IMG/VR virus record: IMGVR_UViG_3300033149_001397
Location: 1-54,166 of that record
Strand: one strand, 5' to 3'
DNA: 54,166 bases
Origin: a virus
Lineage: Duplodnaviria; Caudoviricetes
Within the stretch, counting starts at the first letter, position 1; each line of letters starts with the position of its first letter. The notes under the pieces are model-generated. The model saw only the letters and a list, made by a program, of their open reading frames with translations. It was not told where the DNA came from and did no database searches. The translations under genes were made by a program, and so were the position numbers. This document shows, one piece after another, positions 28,379 through 37,143 of this stretch.

Positions 28379-30150
28379 CCTATCACCCTGCCAAAACAGT
28401 GTTTACAGCTCTCCTGTGGCTGTTTGCTTAACACCGAATATCTCAACTCGTTAAACGCCTCTATGTTGTATGGGCTCGCTGGCGTGTCAATTCTGTGAAT
28501 GTCTTGTGGCGGGGCAATACGCCGGCACAGCCCTGTCAGAACCCAGTCGTATTTTGCAGCACACCGCGCGGCAACAAACGGGCTTTTGCAGTTGTGGACC
28601 CTCATGGTTGTATCAATCGGCGTCGGCCACACTGTCACAAGCTCAGCGCCCGGCAGGTTTTTATACCCCTCAATTTCTTCAATCTGTTCTGTGTCTGTGT
28701 CAAAAATCGCCACATCCCGGAAGGCCCTGCTATCCAATGGTGACATTTCGAAATGTGGCAGCGTGTTCATAAATGTTATGAACGCCACCCCGAGCCCGTT
28801 GGCGAACCCAATGAACGCCGGAATCTCTGTATAATTCTGCTTGTTCACCACGCATGATACGCCTGTTTTTATCTGGCCTTTAACCGCCTCGATTCCTGCC
28901 AGCACAACCTCAAACGTCTTTGTGCGCGTGACCATGTTGTGGCCATCTGCATCATAGGCATTCAGGCTCACGGATATGTTATCAAGCCCTGATTCAACAA
29001 GAGAATCCGCATGCTTGTGCAGAAGTATTCCATTTGTGATAAGAGATACAAACTTGCCCTTGCTTTTTAGCAACCTGATAATATCAAACACATTCTCATT
29101 AAGCAGCGGTTCGCCCATTCCGGCAAGGCATGCCCCGGTGATTGATGGGAACTTTCGAAGGAACCGCTCAACGTGCTGGGGCTCCAGGTCTTTAAACCCA
29201 GTCACCTCTTCCGTGTGCTCTTCTCTGCGGCAGAACCAGCAGCGCGAATTACACTTGTCGGTCATAAACAAAACAGCCTCACGCGGAGCCCCGAGTTTTG
29301 ACATGACTCGATTGATATTATCTTCTGTGTATGGCAGCCCGGACAGGTCCATGATATCAGTTATAAACTGTCGCGGCCATTTGTTGTGGAATGAAAAATC
29401 AAGCACGTCAAGGTTGTCAAGTATTCCGCGCACCCCGGGAAGGCTGCCATATTTTGTATAGTCTTTTTCCCCTGTGTTTTCGTTAACGTCTGTTATGTTG
29501 CCTATCACCATTCCGGCGAATGATGCGGCGGCAATGGGATTGAAATTCTGCTCCATGCGATTAAAAAATATCTGATAATACTCGTCAACCCATCTGACAA
29601 GACCATGGCGACGGTGTTTTTCCACGAGGTCTTTGTATCGCTCGTATGCTGTTATCGTTGTATATGATGTGCCGTGCAGGCCCACGCACGATTCGCGGCC
29701 GCCATAGGGAATGTTCTTGAATGTGTATCCGTCCGCTTCCAGCCGCTTGAACTGTCCGACCTCGCATGAGATTGTGTTCTCGTATGGGTAGTTTCGGACA
29801 ATGTTGTGGTCATATATTTTGACGCCCTGCAACCACCTGTCAAGATGGACATCCCACAGCGGGAACACCGCAAACGCCTCTTTGTCGTCGAGGCTAATCG
29901 CCGCATCATACATCGTCTGTACGGCTGTTTCTTCAAGTATCATATCCTCATCAAGCTGAATGAAGTATCTTGTTTTACATCGCGTCAACATCTCCTGGAA
30001 TGCCGCAGACATTGGGCGCTTGTTGACGATAAAGGCAACGTTGAACACGCCATCGCACTCCTGCTTTTTCAGCGCCGACACGCACGCATCAAATGTCTCG
30101 CCACCAATACTGATTACAAACACTGTCAAGTCAAGCCGATTCAATTCCAT
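28375..30150 (-). CDS. GT-A glycosyltransferase-like domain fused to radical SAM domain with Cys-containing (SPASM/twitch-like) tail
   Basis: IQLDEDM; CNSRCWFC (CxxxCxxC), GMGEPLL, ITNG.LL, ISVSLN; C-terminal CKSPF...LC...CKHC. Confidence 0.88.
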   Translation of the reverse strand: MELNRLDLTVFVISIGGETFDACVSALKKQECDGVFNVAFIVNKRPMSAAFQEMLTRCKTRYFIQLDEDMILEETAVQTMYDAAISLDDKEAFAVFPLWDVHLDRWLQGVKIYDHNIVRNYPYENTISCEVGQFKRLEADGYTFKNIPYGGRESCVGLHGTSYTTITAYERYKDLVEKHRRHGLVRWVDEYYQIFFNRMEQNFNPIAAASFAGMVIGNITDVNENTGEKDYTKYGSLPGVRGILDNLDVLDFSFHNKWPRQFITDIMDLSGLPYTEDNINRVMSKLGAPREAVLFMTDKCNSRCWFCRREEHTEEVTGFKDLEPQHVERFLRKFPSITGACLAGMGEPLLNENVFDIIRLLKSKGKFVSLITNGILLHKHADSLVESGLDNISVSLNAYDADGHNMVTRTKTFEVVLAGIEAVKGQIKTGVSCVVNKQNYTEIPAFIGFANGLGVAFITFMNTLPHFEMSPLDSRAFRDVAIFDTDTEQIEEIEGYKNLPGAELVTVWPTPIDTTMRVHNCKSPFVAARCAAKYDWVLTGLCRRIAPPQDIHRIDTPASPYNIEAFNELRYSVLSKQPQESCKHCFGRVIG

Positions 30151-31834
30151 TTTCTATTGCCCTCTCTGTATAATGGATTACTCTGTCCCACGATAGTATT
30201 TTGTTAACCACATGGTTGTTCAACATGAATATCCTGTCATAATTTTGCAGCGAAAAATAGCGAATCGCCGCTATAAATTGCCCGACATCCGGCCTAACAA
30301 TAACTCCGTTTATATCGCCCACAAAAAGATTCATTGCATAGCCTACATCCGTTGATACAACCGGCGTTCCGCACGCAATGGCCTCGCATGTGGTTGACGC
30401 TATGGCCTCGGAATGGCTCGCATTAAGATACACATCCACGCTGTTGTAGAATTTGCACATTCCGTCATACGGTATTTCGTCGATGAGGTGTCCGGCCATG
30501 CGGATTTCCTCTACCACGTCCGGGTTAACATCCTTTGCGGCGAACCTGAAATTATATTCATCTTTCAATGCCCTGAACACAGGCAGGATGATTTCATAAA
30601 ACCGTTTGTGGTCGCGCGGGTTGCCGTGGCTTGCATTGCCGGCCCACCCTATTGTCAGCCGCTCATTCCGCTTTGTTCGCACGTTGAAAAACATGTTTGT
30701 ATCAACGCCCTGCGGAGTAAAATATACTTTGTGGCCGATGTGCGCTGACCGTGCAATTTTGTACAGCCTGTCTGAAATCGCGTGTATGTGTTTGCAACAT
30801 TTAAGTTTCTCATTGAACACACCAATGAACCTGTCATCATCATACCCGTGGTGGGACTCAACAGATACTGCTACGCGCTCTGGTGGCACCTGCGCCATGA
30901 GCCGCCGTAATATCTCTGGATACAGCCCAATAATCGACCGGCAGACAATGAAGTCATACCGAGAAAAATTAATATCGTCAATTTTTATGTAGCCTCTAAT
31001 TGCCTTGTTCCTGTACTCGCGGATAAAGCACGTCTTGTCAACCCTGTATTTGTGTGATAGCTTTTCTGCAATTACATCAACGAGCCGCGCAACAGCCCAG
31101 TCCGGCGTATCTGCGATAAACAGAATGCGCTTCTTTTCCGGCTCCGGAATCTTGTTTGCGAACCCTGCAATTCCGCTAAGTCTGTCAGGCCACTTGAATT
31201 GTAATATTGAGTGGCTTTTTATGTACTGGTCGTCATGGTCAAATGTTTTTTGGGTGTGCATTGTCCTGTGTTCGGCGTGCTGAATCCGGTGATCCTTCAG
31301 CCACCCTATTGAATATCCGGCCTCTTTAGCCCGCCAGTAAAAATCAACGTCCGAGCAGTATGCTGGTGAAAACACCTGGTCTAACCCGCCGAGATATTCC
31401 CACACGTCGCGCCTTACCAGCAGACCGCCACCACCCAAATATACGCGGTCGCTGTCTTTCCATTCGTGTAGATCTTTCCCTATTCCGTTTTCGTTGACCT
31501 CGTTGAGCACACACCCAACAATGTCATGGTTGTTTTCTGTTGCCGCCCGGAACAGCCGCTCAATGGCACCCGGGCTCACAAACTGGTCGTCGTCAAGAAA
31601 TAGAAACCAGCCGTATTTTGCGAACTTGGCAATATGATTGCGGCCACCCACACACCCAAGGTTCTTTTCGTGCTCAATAAAGCGTACCCACGGGAATCGC
31701 TCTTTGCGTATTTTCGACTCCCCGCCATTGTTCATCACAATGACCTCGCCGAACTTCTCACAGCTAATTGCTTTTAAGCAACTCACAATTGTTCCGCTGT
31801 TATGCGTTAAAATCAAAACAGATATGTCAAGCAT
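30131..31834 (-). CDS. GT2-GT4 double glycosyltransferase
   Basis: ISVLILTHN, NLG..GGRN, LFLDDD, CSDVDF (GT2); SHSEAIASTTCEAIACGTPVVSTDVG (GT4 Ex7E). Confidence 0.88.
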   Translation of the reverse strand: MLDISVLILTHNSGTIVSCLKAISCEKFGEVIVMNNGGESKIRKERFPWVRFIEHEKNLGCVGGRNHIAKFAKYGWFLFLDDDQFVSPGAIERLFRAATENNHDIVGCVLNEVNENGIGKDLHEWKDSDRVYLGGGGLLVRRDVWEYLGGLDQVFSPAYCSDVDFYWRAKEAGYSIGWLKDHRIQHAEHRTMHTQKTFDHDDQYIKSHSILQFKWPDRLSGIAGFANKIPEPEKKRILFIADTPDWAVARLVDVIAEKLSHKYRVDKTCFIREYRNKAIRGYIKIDDINFSRYDFIVCRSIIGLYPEILRRLMAQVPPERVAVSVESHHGYDDDRFIGVFNEKLKCCKHIHAISDRLYKIARSAHIGHKVYFTPQGVDTNMFFNVRTKRNERLTIGWAGNASHGNPRDHKRFYEIILPVFRALKDEYNFRFAAKDVNPDVVEEIRMAGHLIDEIPYDGMCKFYNSVDVYLNASHSEAIASTTCEAIACGTPVVSTDVGYAMNLFVGDINGVIVRPDVGQFIAAIRYFSLQNYDRIFMLNNHVVNKILSWDRVIHYTERAIENGIESA

Positions 31835-32960
31835 TTTTTATCATCCTTGCCGCCTTTGTTGCTATCTCAGCGGGCTTTATTGAGGACATACAAACATTGT
31901 CTTTTGTGCGGTTGCAATATCTAATCCTTCCACGCAAGCGCTGCCAGTCCCAGCACGGAACACATGGGGCCGCGCCGATTTTGTGGATGTAATCAACGTG
32001 GTCACCGTAATGGTCAAACCGCCATTCAAACGGCATTGACGACAACAGCACCAGCGTGGGTATTCCAAGCGCGGCAGATACATGGGCCATGCCGGTGTCC
32101 GGAGATATCACAAGGTCAGACATCCAGCATACAGCCGCTGCATCCATTGCGGTTTCTGTTCGCGTGCCGAGGTCAAGCACCCCTGGAATATCGCCAAACA
32201 ATGCGGCATCAACGTCCAGCACAACAACGGTGTGGTCGGGTAGTGCCTTGCGCAGTTCAATAATTACATCGCGTGATTTCCACGGCTCATACGATCTATT
32301 CCACGCCACCGCCTGTAGCACGTATGTAATGATAGGCCCGGTTACGTTGCGCAGCAGGTCTGACGCCGCAGCATAGTTCTCTGCTGTTAATCTCGGCTCA
32401 ACCACGTTCTCATATTCAGGCAGGTCGATTCCAATCATTTTTGCAAACGATTCAACCCGCCTGCCACGGTTGCGCAGTATGCTATAAAATTCAAGGCACC
32501 GCATGAAATTTATAATCAGCTTGTATTCTGTCCCATCAAGATTTATGTCGTGTATGGAAACCGGCTCGTCAATGAAATCATGGCCGGAAACCATATCAAT
32601 AAATTTCGGCAGCGTGGCATAGGTGATAGTCGCGTGCGGATACCTGTGTTTTAGCTGCTTGACTGTTGGCAGAGAAAGAAGGATATCGCCGAGGCCCATG
32701 TCGCGCATTATCAGTATTTTGTCGCCCGGCAATATCTCATCATCAAAAACAGAAATAGACTCCAATGTTGTATTGGAGCCTATATAATACGTGTCGTCGT
32801 TAATAACCTTATACTCAGGATATAACCCCGTCATTATTTCGCGTGAGATATCGGATTTATCGTCAACCTGTCGCGGTATCCCGCGCACCATTGTTGTTCC
32901 TGTTTTGCCACCCGGCGGGAAACCCAACATTTCCCGGCCGAGATAAACGACCTGTTTCAC
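31827..32960 (-). CDS. GT9-family glycosyltransferase (ADP-heptose:LPS heptosyltransferase-like)
   Basis: RDMGLGDILL..P..K.LK..YP.A.I, LVISPDTGMAHVSAALGIPTLVL, PCVPC...C...CM..I. Confidence 0.9.
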   Translation of the reverse strand: MKQVVYLGREMLGFPPGGKTGTTMVRGIPRQVDDKSDISREIMTGLYPEYKVINDDTYYIGSNTTLESISVFDDEILPGDKILIMRDMGLGDILLSLPTVKQLKHRYPHATITYATLPKFIDMVSGHDFIDEPVSIHDINLDGTEYKLIINFMRCLEFYSILRNRGRRVESFAKMIGIDLPEYENVVEPRLTAENYAAASDLLRNVTGPIITYVLQAVAWNRSYEPWKSRDVIIELRKALPDHTVVVLDVDAALFGDIPGVLDLGTRTETAMDAAAVCWMSDLVISPDTGMAHVSAALGIPTLVLLSSMPFEWRFDHYGDHVDYIHKIGAAPCVPCWDWQRLRGRIRYCNRTKDNVCMSSIKPAEIATKAARMIKNA

Positions 32961-32983
32961 GGTCGTCCTCCTTTTTCATTTGG

Positions 32984-34267
32984 TTATTGGTTCTCTACAT
33001 ATCCATTCAGTTTGACAATCACATCAACGTTCCCGCCGACCCCTGCACGTGACGAAAGCCTTACCCCGAGTATCGGGTTTGTATTAACCGGAATGTGCAG
33101 CACTCCGTTAATCGGGAAGTGGCAATTGCCAAGGGCATTACACTGCGCAGAGTAGATTTCCTCATCGGTCCCGGCATCCTGCCATAGTATCATCTGGACA
33201 GGCACAGTGTCGCTTGCACCTGCGCCCAAATCATCATCAACAATAATTGAGATATCCGTAACGTGCTTATCGTAGGTTGTGTTTATCCATGTGCTGATTG
33301 AGCTCGTGGCCCACGTCCAATTGTCGGCAACCGTTATTGTTGCCTGCGGAATCTGCTGCCCGCTGTCAGCCTGGTCGCGCATACCGAATGTGCCGATGCC
33401 GCTTGAATATGTGGTTACGCTTTTCGCGCCCTGGTTTGTAATGTGTGTATAGATAGTGTTTCCGTTGGTCTCTACAACCTGCAATCCACGGGCCGCTGAA
33501 CCACCGGCGAAATCGCGCACAGGAACAACAGCACTGCCGTCTGTTATGGTCGTCAACAGGCTCTTGTATGTGCCTGTGTTTATGTCGGCAAAAATATTTC
33601 CGTCCTCGTCTGTCAACACAAATATTTGTGGATCATAGGTGCCGGCCGCATCAAGGATGTCTGCCGTGGTTGTGCCATCCGTAATACCAACCGGGCCATA
33701 GTTAACCGTGTCGTCAACGATGTTCCACGGTGTCCCATCAATGGCATTTCTTATCGTGACCGCGCTTGATGCCGTGCCGACTCCGAGCGTAACGTTAAGA
33801 GCACCACTCGAATCAACCGTCGCCTCAACACCGCTTGTCCTGTCTGTAATAACAGCCGTGTCTGTGGCTGATACCCCGGCGCATGTTACCGTCCCGTCAA
33901 CCGTCAGGCTGCCACCGTCGTCGTCAACACTGATTGCCTGCGAGCCATCGGCTATAAACAGGTGACCTGTTGCGTCTACATTGGCAAGGTCGTACCCATC
34001 GCCTATCTCAACGCGCAGTGCGGGAGAATTGCCCGGGGCCACGTCAACACACGTTGAATAGTCCTCGTTGCAAATTCTGAATGTGCCGCTGGCAATCTCT
34101 GTGATGCTGCCCACGGAAACAACAGTGTTTACATCAATTGTCCCGTCGGCGTTTACCTCAAGACGGTCATCATCCGTATCGCGAATATGAACATCCCTAA
34201 TCGGCCCGGCCAACGCCAACATGGACGCGACAAGGATCATGATCGTTGTGTAAAAAATAGTTTTCAT
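32984..34267 (-). CDS. Acidic beta-rich protein with Sec-type signal peptide
   Basis: MKTIFYTTIMILVASMLALA|GP (AxA site); D/T/G/V-rich short repeats such as VDxxGxL. Confidence 0.7.
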   Translation of the reverse strand: MKTIFYTTIMILVASMLALAGPIRDVHIRDTDDDRLEVNADGTIDVNTVVSVGSITEIASGTFRICNEDYSTCVDVAPGNSPALRVEIGDGYDLANVDATGHLFIADGSQAISVDDDGGSLTVDGTVTCAGVSATDTAVITDRTSGVEATVDSSGALNVTLGVGTASSAVTIRNAIDGTPWNIVDDTVNYGPVGITDGTTTADILDAAGTYDPQIFVLTDEDGNIFADINTGTYKSLLTTITDGSAVVPVRDFAGGSAARGLQVVETNGNTIYTHITNQGAKSVTTYSSGIGTFGMRDQADSGQQIPQATITVADNWTWATSSISTWINTTYDKHVTDISIIVDDDLGAGASDTVPVQMILWQDAGTDEEIYSAQCNALGNCHFPINGVLHIPVNTNPILGVRLSSRAGVGGNVDVIVKLNGYVENQ

Positions 34268-34288
34268 TTGCTGTTCACCCCTGTGTTT

Positions 34289-34322
34289 AAAATAAAGGGC
34301 CGGACGGTTGCCCGCCCAGCCC
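34289..34322 (-). terminator. Intrinsic terminator after major capsid gene
   Basis: GGGCTGGGCGG-GCAA-CCGTCCGGCCC followed by TTTATTTT. Confidence 0.8.
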
Positions 34323-34331
34323 TCAGGTTTG

Positions 34332-35270
34332 TTACGAAATGACGTTACGGATCAGGTATGCGGCGTATTCGCACACAACCTTGACGTCGTTTTTCTCGTC
34401 TGCGCGCACGTACTTGCCGCGCGGGTCAATGGTGTCCCACTTGTCCACCCGGCGCATCTGAGTGAAGAAGGTCTGACCAAATGTCATCATCTTTTTCCGC
34501 GGCGTTCCAGGAGATTTGTAGAACAATAGCACGTGCTTGCCCCACACGTCAGAGCCGCTGTAGGTAGCTCCGTGGTTGGCAGAATCGTAAATGCCGCCCG
34601 GAATGAGCACCTTCATGTTGAACAGTGTGGCGGGAAGATCGCCGTTGATCAACAGGTTGTCATTGGTGAACTTGCGGAGCGCGCGGATGTTGCTGTCGCG
34701 CTTCATCACCTTTGCAACAGCCGCCGGAATCACAATGTGGTTGGGCTCGAACCCGATGGCCGCGCGAATGGTTTCTTTCGCGGCATCAAGCTCTTCTTCG
34801 ATATCGCCGGTGTAGCTGGCGTTATCCCACTGTGCTGTTCCCGTGCGTGTGGCAGTGTGTCCGCTGGTTGCGAACGTGGCTGCGGCCGTAGCAAGATCGG
34901 CAGCCCGCTTCTCATGTGCAAGCATCAGATTCTCTGTGATGTATCCAGTCGCGTCAACCTCCAGGTCAATGGGTTTGTCCGCGGCGTCGATATCATCCTG
35001 GGAAATTTTGTGCTTCAACGCATGTCGGTCACACGTGTAGGTCGGAGTGCTTTCGATTTCGAACGGGTCAACCTCGTTAGCCTCCGCGTTGCTGGCCTGC
35101 ACGGTGTCATAAATGCGCTTGTCCTGCTTGCCGTAGACAGGATATTTGTCGCTCTCTTTGTCTACCTTGACAAACGGGAAAACCTCAGAGGCGACGAATA
35201 ACCCCTGCCCGTATTTAATGCTGTAGTTCGTCAGAAATCTGTCAACTTTGATGTCTCCATACTTGGACAT
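34332..35270 (-). CDS. Major capsid protein (HK97 fold)
   Basis: VDRFLTNYSIKY, FVASEVFP.V.V, PNHIVI, VWGKHVLL, FGQTF; strong AAGGAGGTG SD; position after decoration gene. Confidence 0.88.
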   Translation of the reverse strand: MSKYGDIKVDRFLTNYSIKYGQGLFVASEVFPFVKVDKESDKYPVYGKQDKRIYDTVQASNAEANEVDPFEIESTPTYTCDRHALKHKISQDDIDAADKPIDLEVDATGYITENLMLAHEKRAADLATAAATFATSGHTATRTGTAQWDNASYTGDIEEELDAAKETIRAAIGFEPNHIVIPAAVAKVMKRDSNIRALRKFTNDNLLINGDLPATLFNMKVLIPGGIYDSANHGATYSGSDVWGKHVLLFYKSPGTPRKKMMTFGQTFFTQMRRVDKWDTIDPRGKYVRADEKNDVKVVCEYAAYLIRNVIS

Positions 35271-35284
35271 ATTCGCTCACCTCC

Positions 35285-35686
35285 TTAGCTGGAATATGCA
35301 TTAATACCGACGAGCTGAACGGCGATAATATCACCGGATGAGCTCGCCGCTTCCAGGGCTTTACCCACAATTATGATGCCCTGAGTTGTAGCCCCTGCTG
35401 GCTTCGGTTTGACCCGACCAGCTGAATCAGCTGTCACGAGTTTGTCACCGATTGATACGCTTGCCCCGGCGGTGAGATACACGATGCCGGATGTGTACAC
35501 TGTGCCATATTTTCCGTCCGCGATCTGCTCGCTTGTCGCGCCGATCATTGTCTCGACCGAGCTTGCGCCTGACGGATACTGGCACTCGTCTTTGGTGGAT
35601 GACGTCACAACAACCCGGTATTTCTCGATTGTCGAGCCGCTGCCGTTTTTCCACGTGGTCAAATTGCTTAGATTTTTCTCTGGCAT
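35285..35686 (-). CDS. Capsid cement/decoration protein (DUF2190-like)
   Basis: AGASVSIGDKL...GRV...VGKALEAASSSGDII. Confidence 0.8.
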   Translation of the reverse strand: MPEKNLSNLTTWKNGSGSTIEKYRVVVTSSTKDECQYPSGASSVETMIGATSEQIADGKYGTVYTSGIVYLTAGASVSIGDKLVTADSAGRVKPKPAGATTQGIIIVGKALEAASSSGDIIAVQLVGINAYSS

Positions 35687-35701
35687 GTTATCACACCTCC
35701 T

Positions 35702-37129
35702 TTAGTCTTTGTCGTAAAGTTCGAGATCCAGGACGGCCTTTGCGTAGTGGTCCTTGTTGTCGTAATCAAGGTCGTTCTCCTTGCAATAGGCCCGCACTTT
35801 CTTCTCGATAACTGAGTCGTCATCCTTGTTGCGCTCGTTGGCGGGCGTTGATTTGCCAGCCTGCGAGAACAGGTCAGATTCCGGCATGTCCTCAATGTGC
35901 TTGCGGATGTCCGTCACCGTCTCGCCATCCACATCGATTGAAAATTTGTCCGGGTCTTCATCGGCCTGCTTCAACAGCGCGGAGAAATGCGCGCGCAGTG
36001 CCGGTGGAAATTTCTTAGAGTGCTTATCAAGAAACGCCTCGCGCTCCTTGTCTGCGGCCTCGTCTGCGGCCTTCCTGTATTCGGTAATTTCCTCTTTCAT
36101 TGTGCTGTTCTCTTTTTTGACAGCATCCAGTTCGTCGGAAATCTTTGAAAACTTTTCAGCCTCTTCCGTGGCCTTGTCCTCGGCCTCTTTCATGGCCTTG
36201 GCGTGATCGTCTTTGGCCTGTTTCAGCTTGTCGCCAAGCTCCTCAATCTTGCTCTGTGCGGCAGAGTGTTTCTTGGTAAGCTCGGTTACTTCTGCTGTCA
36301 GGTCTGCGATCTGCTTTTCAAGCTCTTTGCTCATTTTGCTTTCACCTCCGTCAGGTGAATTTGGTTCATCGTCCTGCTTATACCAAAAACTGGTTTCGGG
36401 GACACCGTTTTCATACATTGCCGCAAGCTCGTTAAGGTTCGATAGCGCAGGCATGCTCTTGCCCAATATCGCCACGCCAACAGGGAGCAGCTTGTACAAT
36501 TTGCCGGTTGCCTCATCTTTAAAGTTTTTCGCTATCTCAAGCGACTTGAATTTGTAGGCCCCGGCCCTTATCAGCGTGGCAAGTTTTTTTGGAACTTGCT
36601 TCAGGTCACATATCAGCTTTTCGCCCTGTACACGGAAATTGCGCATCCATCCGAACGCCGGCATACCGTCCTTGAAGTGACCTTCCAGCTTTGCAATCGA
36701 CTGGTCTTTGTTGTGTCCAAGCTTCACCGCCGCACTCAGCCGTCCACCCATTTCGTTAGCAGCAGCCGCCATCCCGAGCAGGTCGTCCTTGGTGTACTTG
36801 CGCTTTGAGCCGTTGCAACTTGTGTATTCGCCTGTCGCAAATACTTCCTGCCCATTAAAGTCAACCGTCTCAAGTGTATCTTTTGCAAACTTGTCTGACG
36901 CGGGCTCGAACGGAACGCACTTGAAATCATGTTCTTTTACCCATTTGCGCGCCTGCGCCTCGGTGTATTTTTCCTTGTCAAAACGGATCGCCTGGATTTC
37001 AGATTTTCCGTCTTCTGTTATACCAAAGATGGCGTCAATGCCAGGCGCAAACTTGTCGTTCTGTCTGCGCATCTCTTTAAACTTTTTTGGGTCTGCTACC
37101 CTGCATGCGTGTTCGTTTTCGTATGGCAT
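35702..37129 (-). CDS. Mu gpI-like prohead protease/scaffold
   Basis: FATGEY, AVKLGH, PAFGW, GAYKFKSLE, VAILG..MPA; coiled-coil scaffold C-terminus; start set at ATG 37129 after GAAGGTGA. Confidence 0.82.
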   Translation of the reverse strand: MPYENEHACRVADPKKFKEMRRQNDKFAPGIDAIFGITEDGKSEIQAIRFDKEKYTEAQARKWVKEHDFKCVPFEPASDKFAKDTLETVDFNGQEVFATGEYTSCNGSKRKYTKDDLLGMAAAANEMGGRLSAAVKLGHNKDQSIAKLEGHFKDGMPAFGWMRNFRVQGEKLICDLKQVPKKLATLIRAGAYKFKSLEIAKNFKDEATGKLYKLLPVGVAILGKSMPALSNLNELAAMYENGVPETSFWYKQDDEPNSPDGGESKMSKELEKQIADLTAEVTELTKKHSAAQSKIEELGDKLKQAKDDHAKAMKEAEDKATEEAEKFSKISDELDAVKKENSTMKEEITEYRKAADEAADKEREAFLDKHSKKFPPALRAHFSALLKQADEDPDKFSIDVDGETVTDIRKHIEDMPESDLFSQAGKSTPANERNKDDDSVIEKKVRAYCKENDLDYDNKDHYAKAVLDLELYDKD

Positions 37130-37143
37130 AGTATCACCTTCAA

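Noticed and set aside
23738-32960. Island as a TET/hydroxymethylase-type DNA hypermodification pathway acting on 5mC
   Set aside because: No 2OG-Fe(II) TET/JBP, dCMP hydroxymethylase or phage DNA polymerase was recognised and the island sits in the structural operon; disfavoured but not excluded
23738-32960. Island as classical O-antigen seroconversion (gtrABC type)
   Set aside because: No multi-TM flippase, bactoprenol transferase or polymerase; not in a lysogeny module
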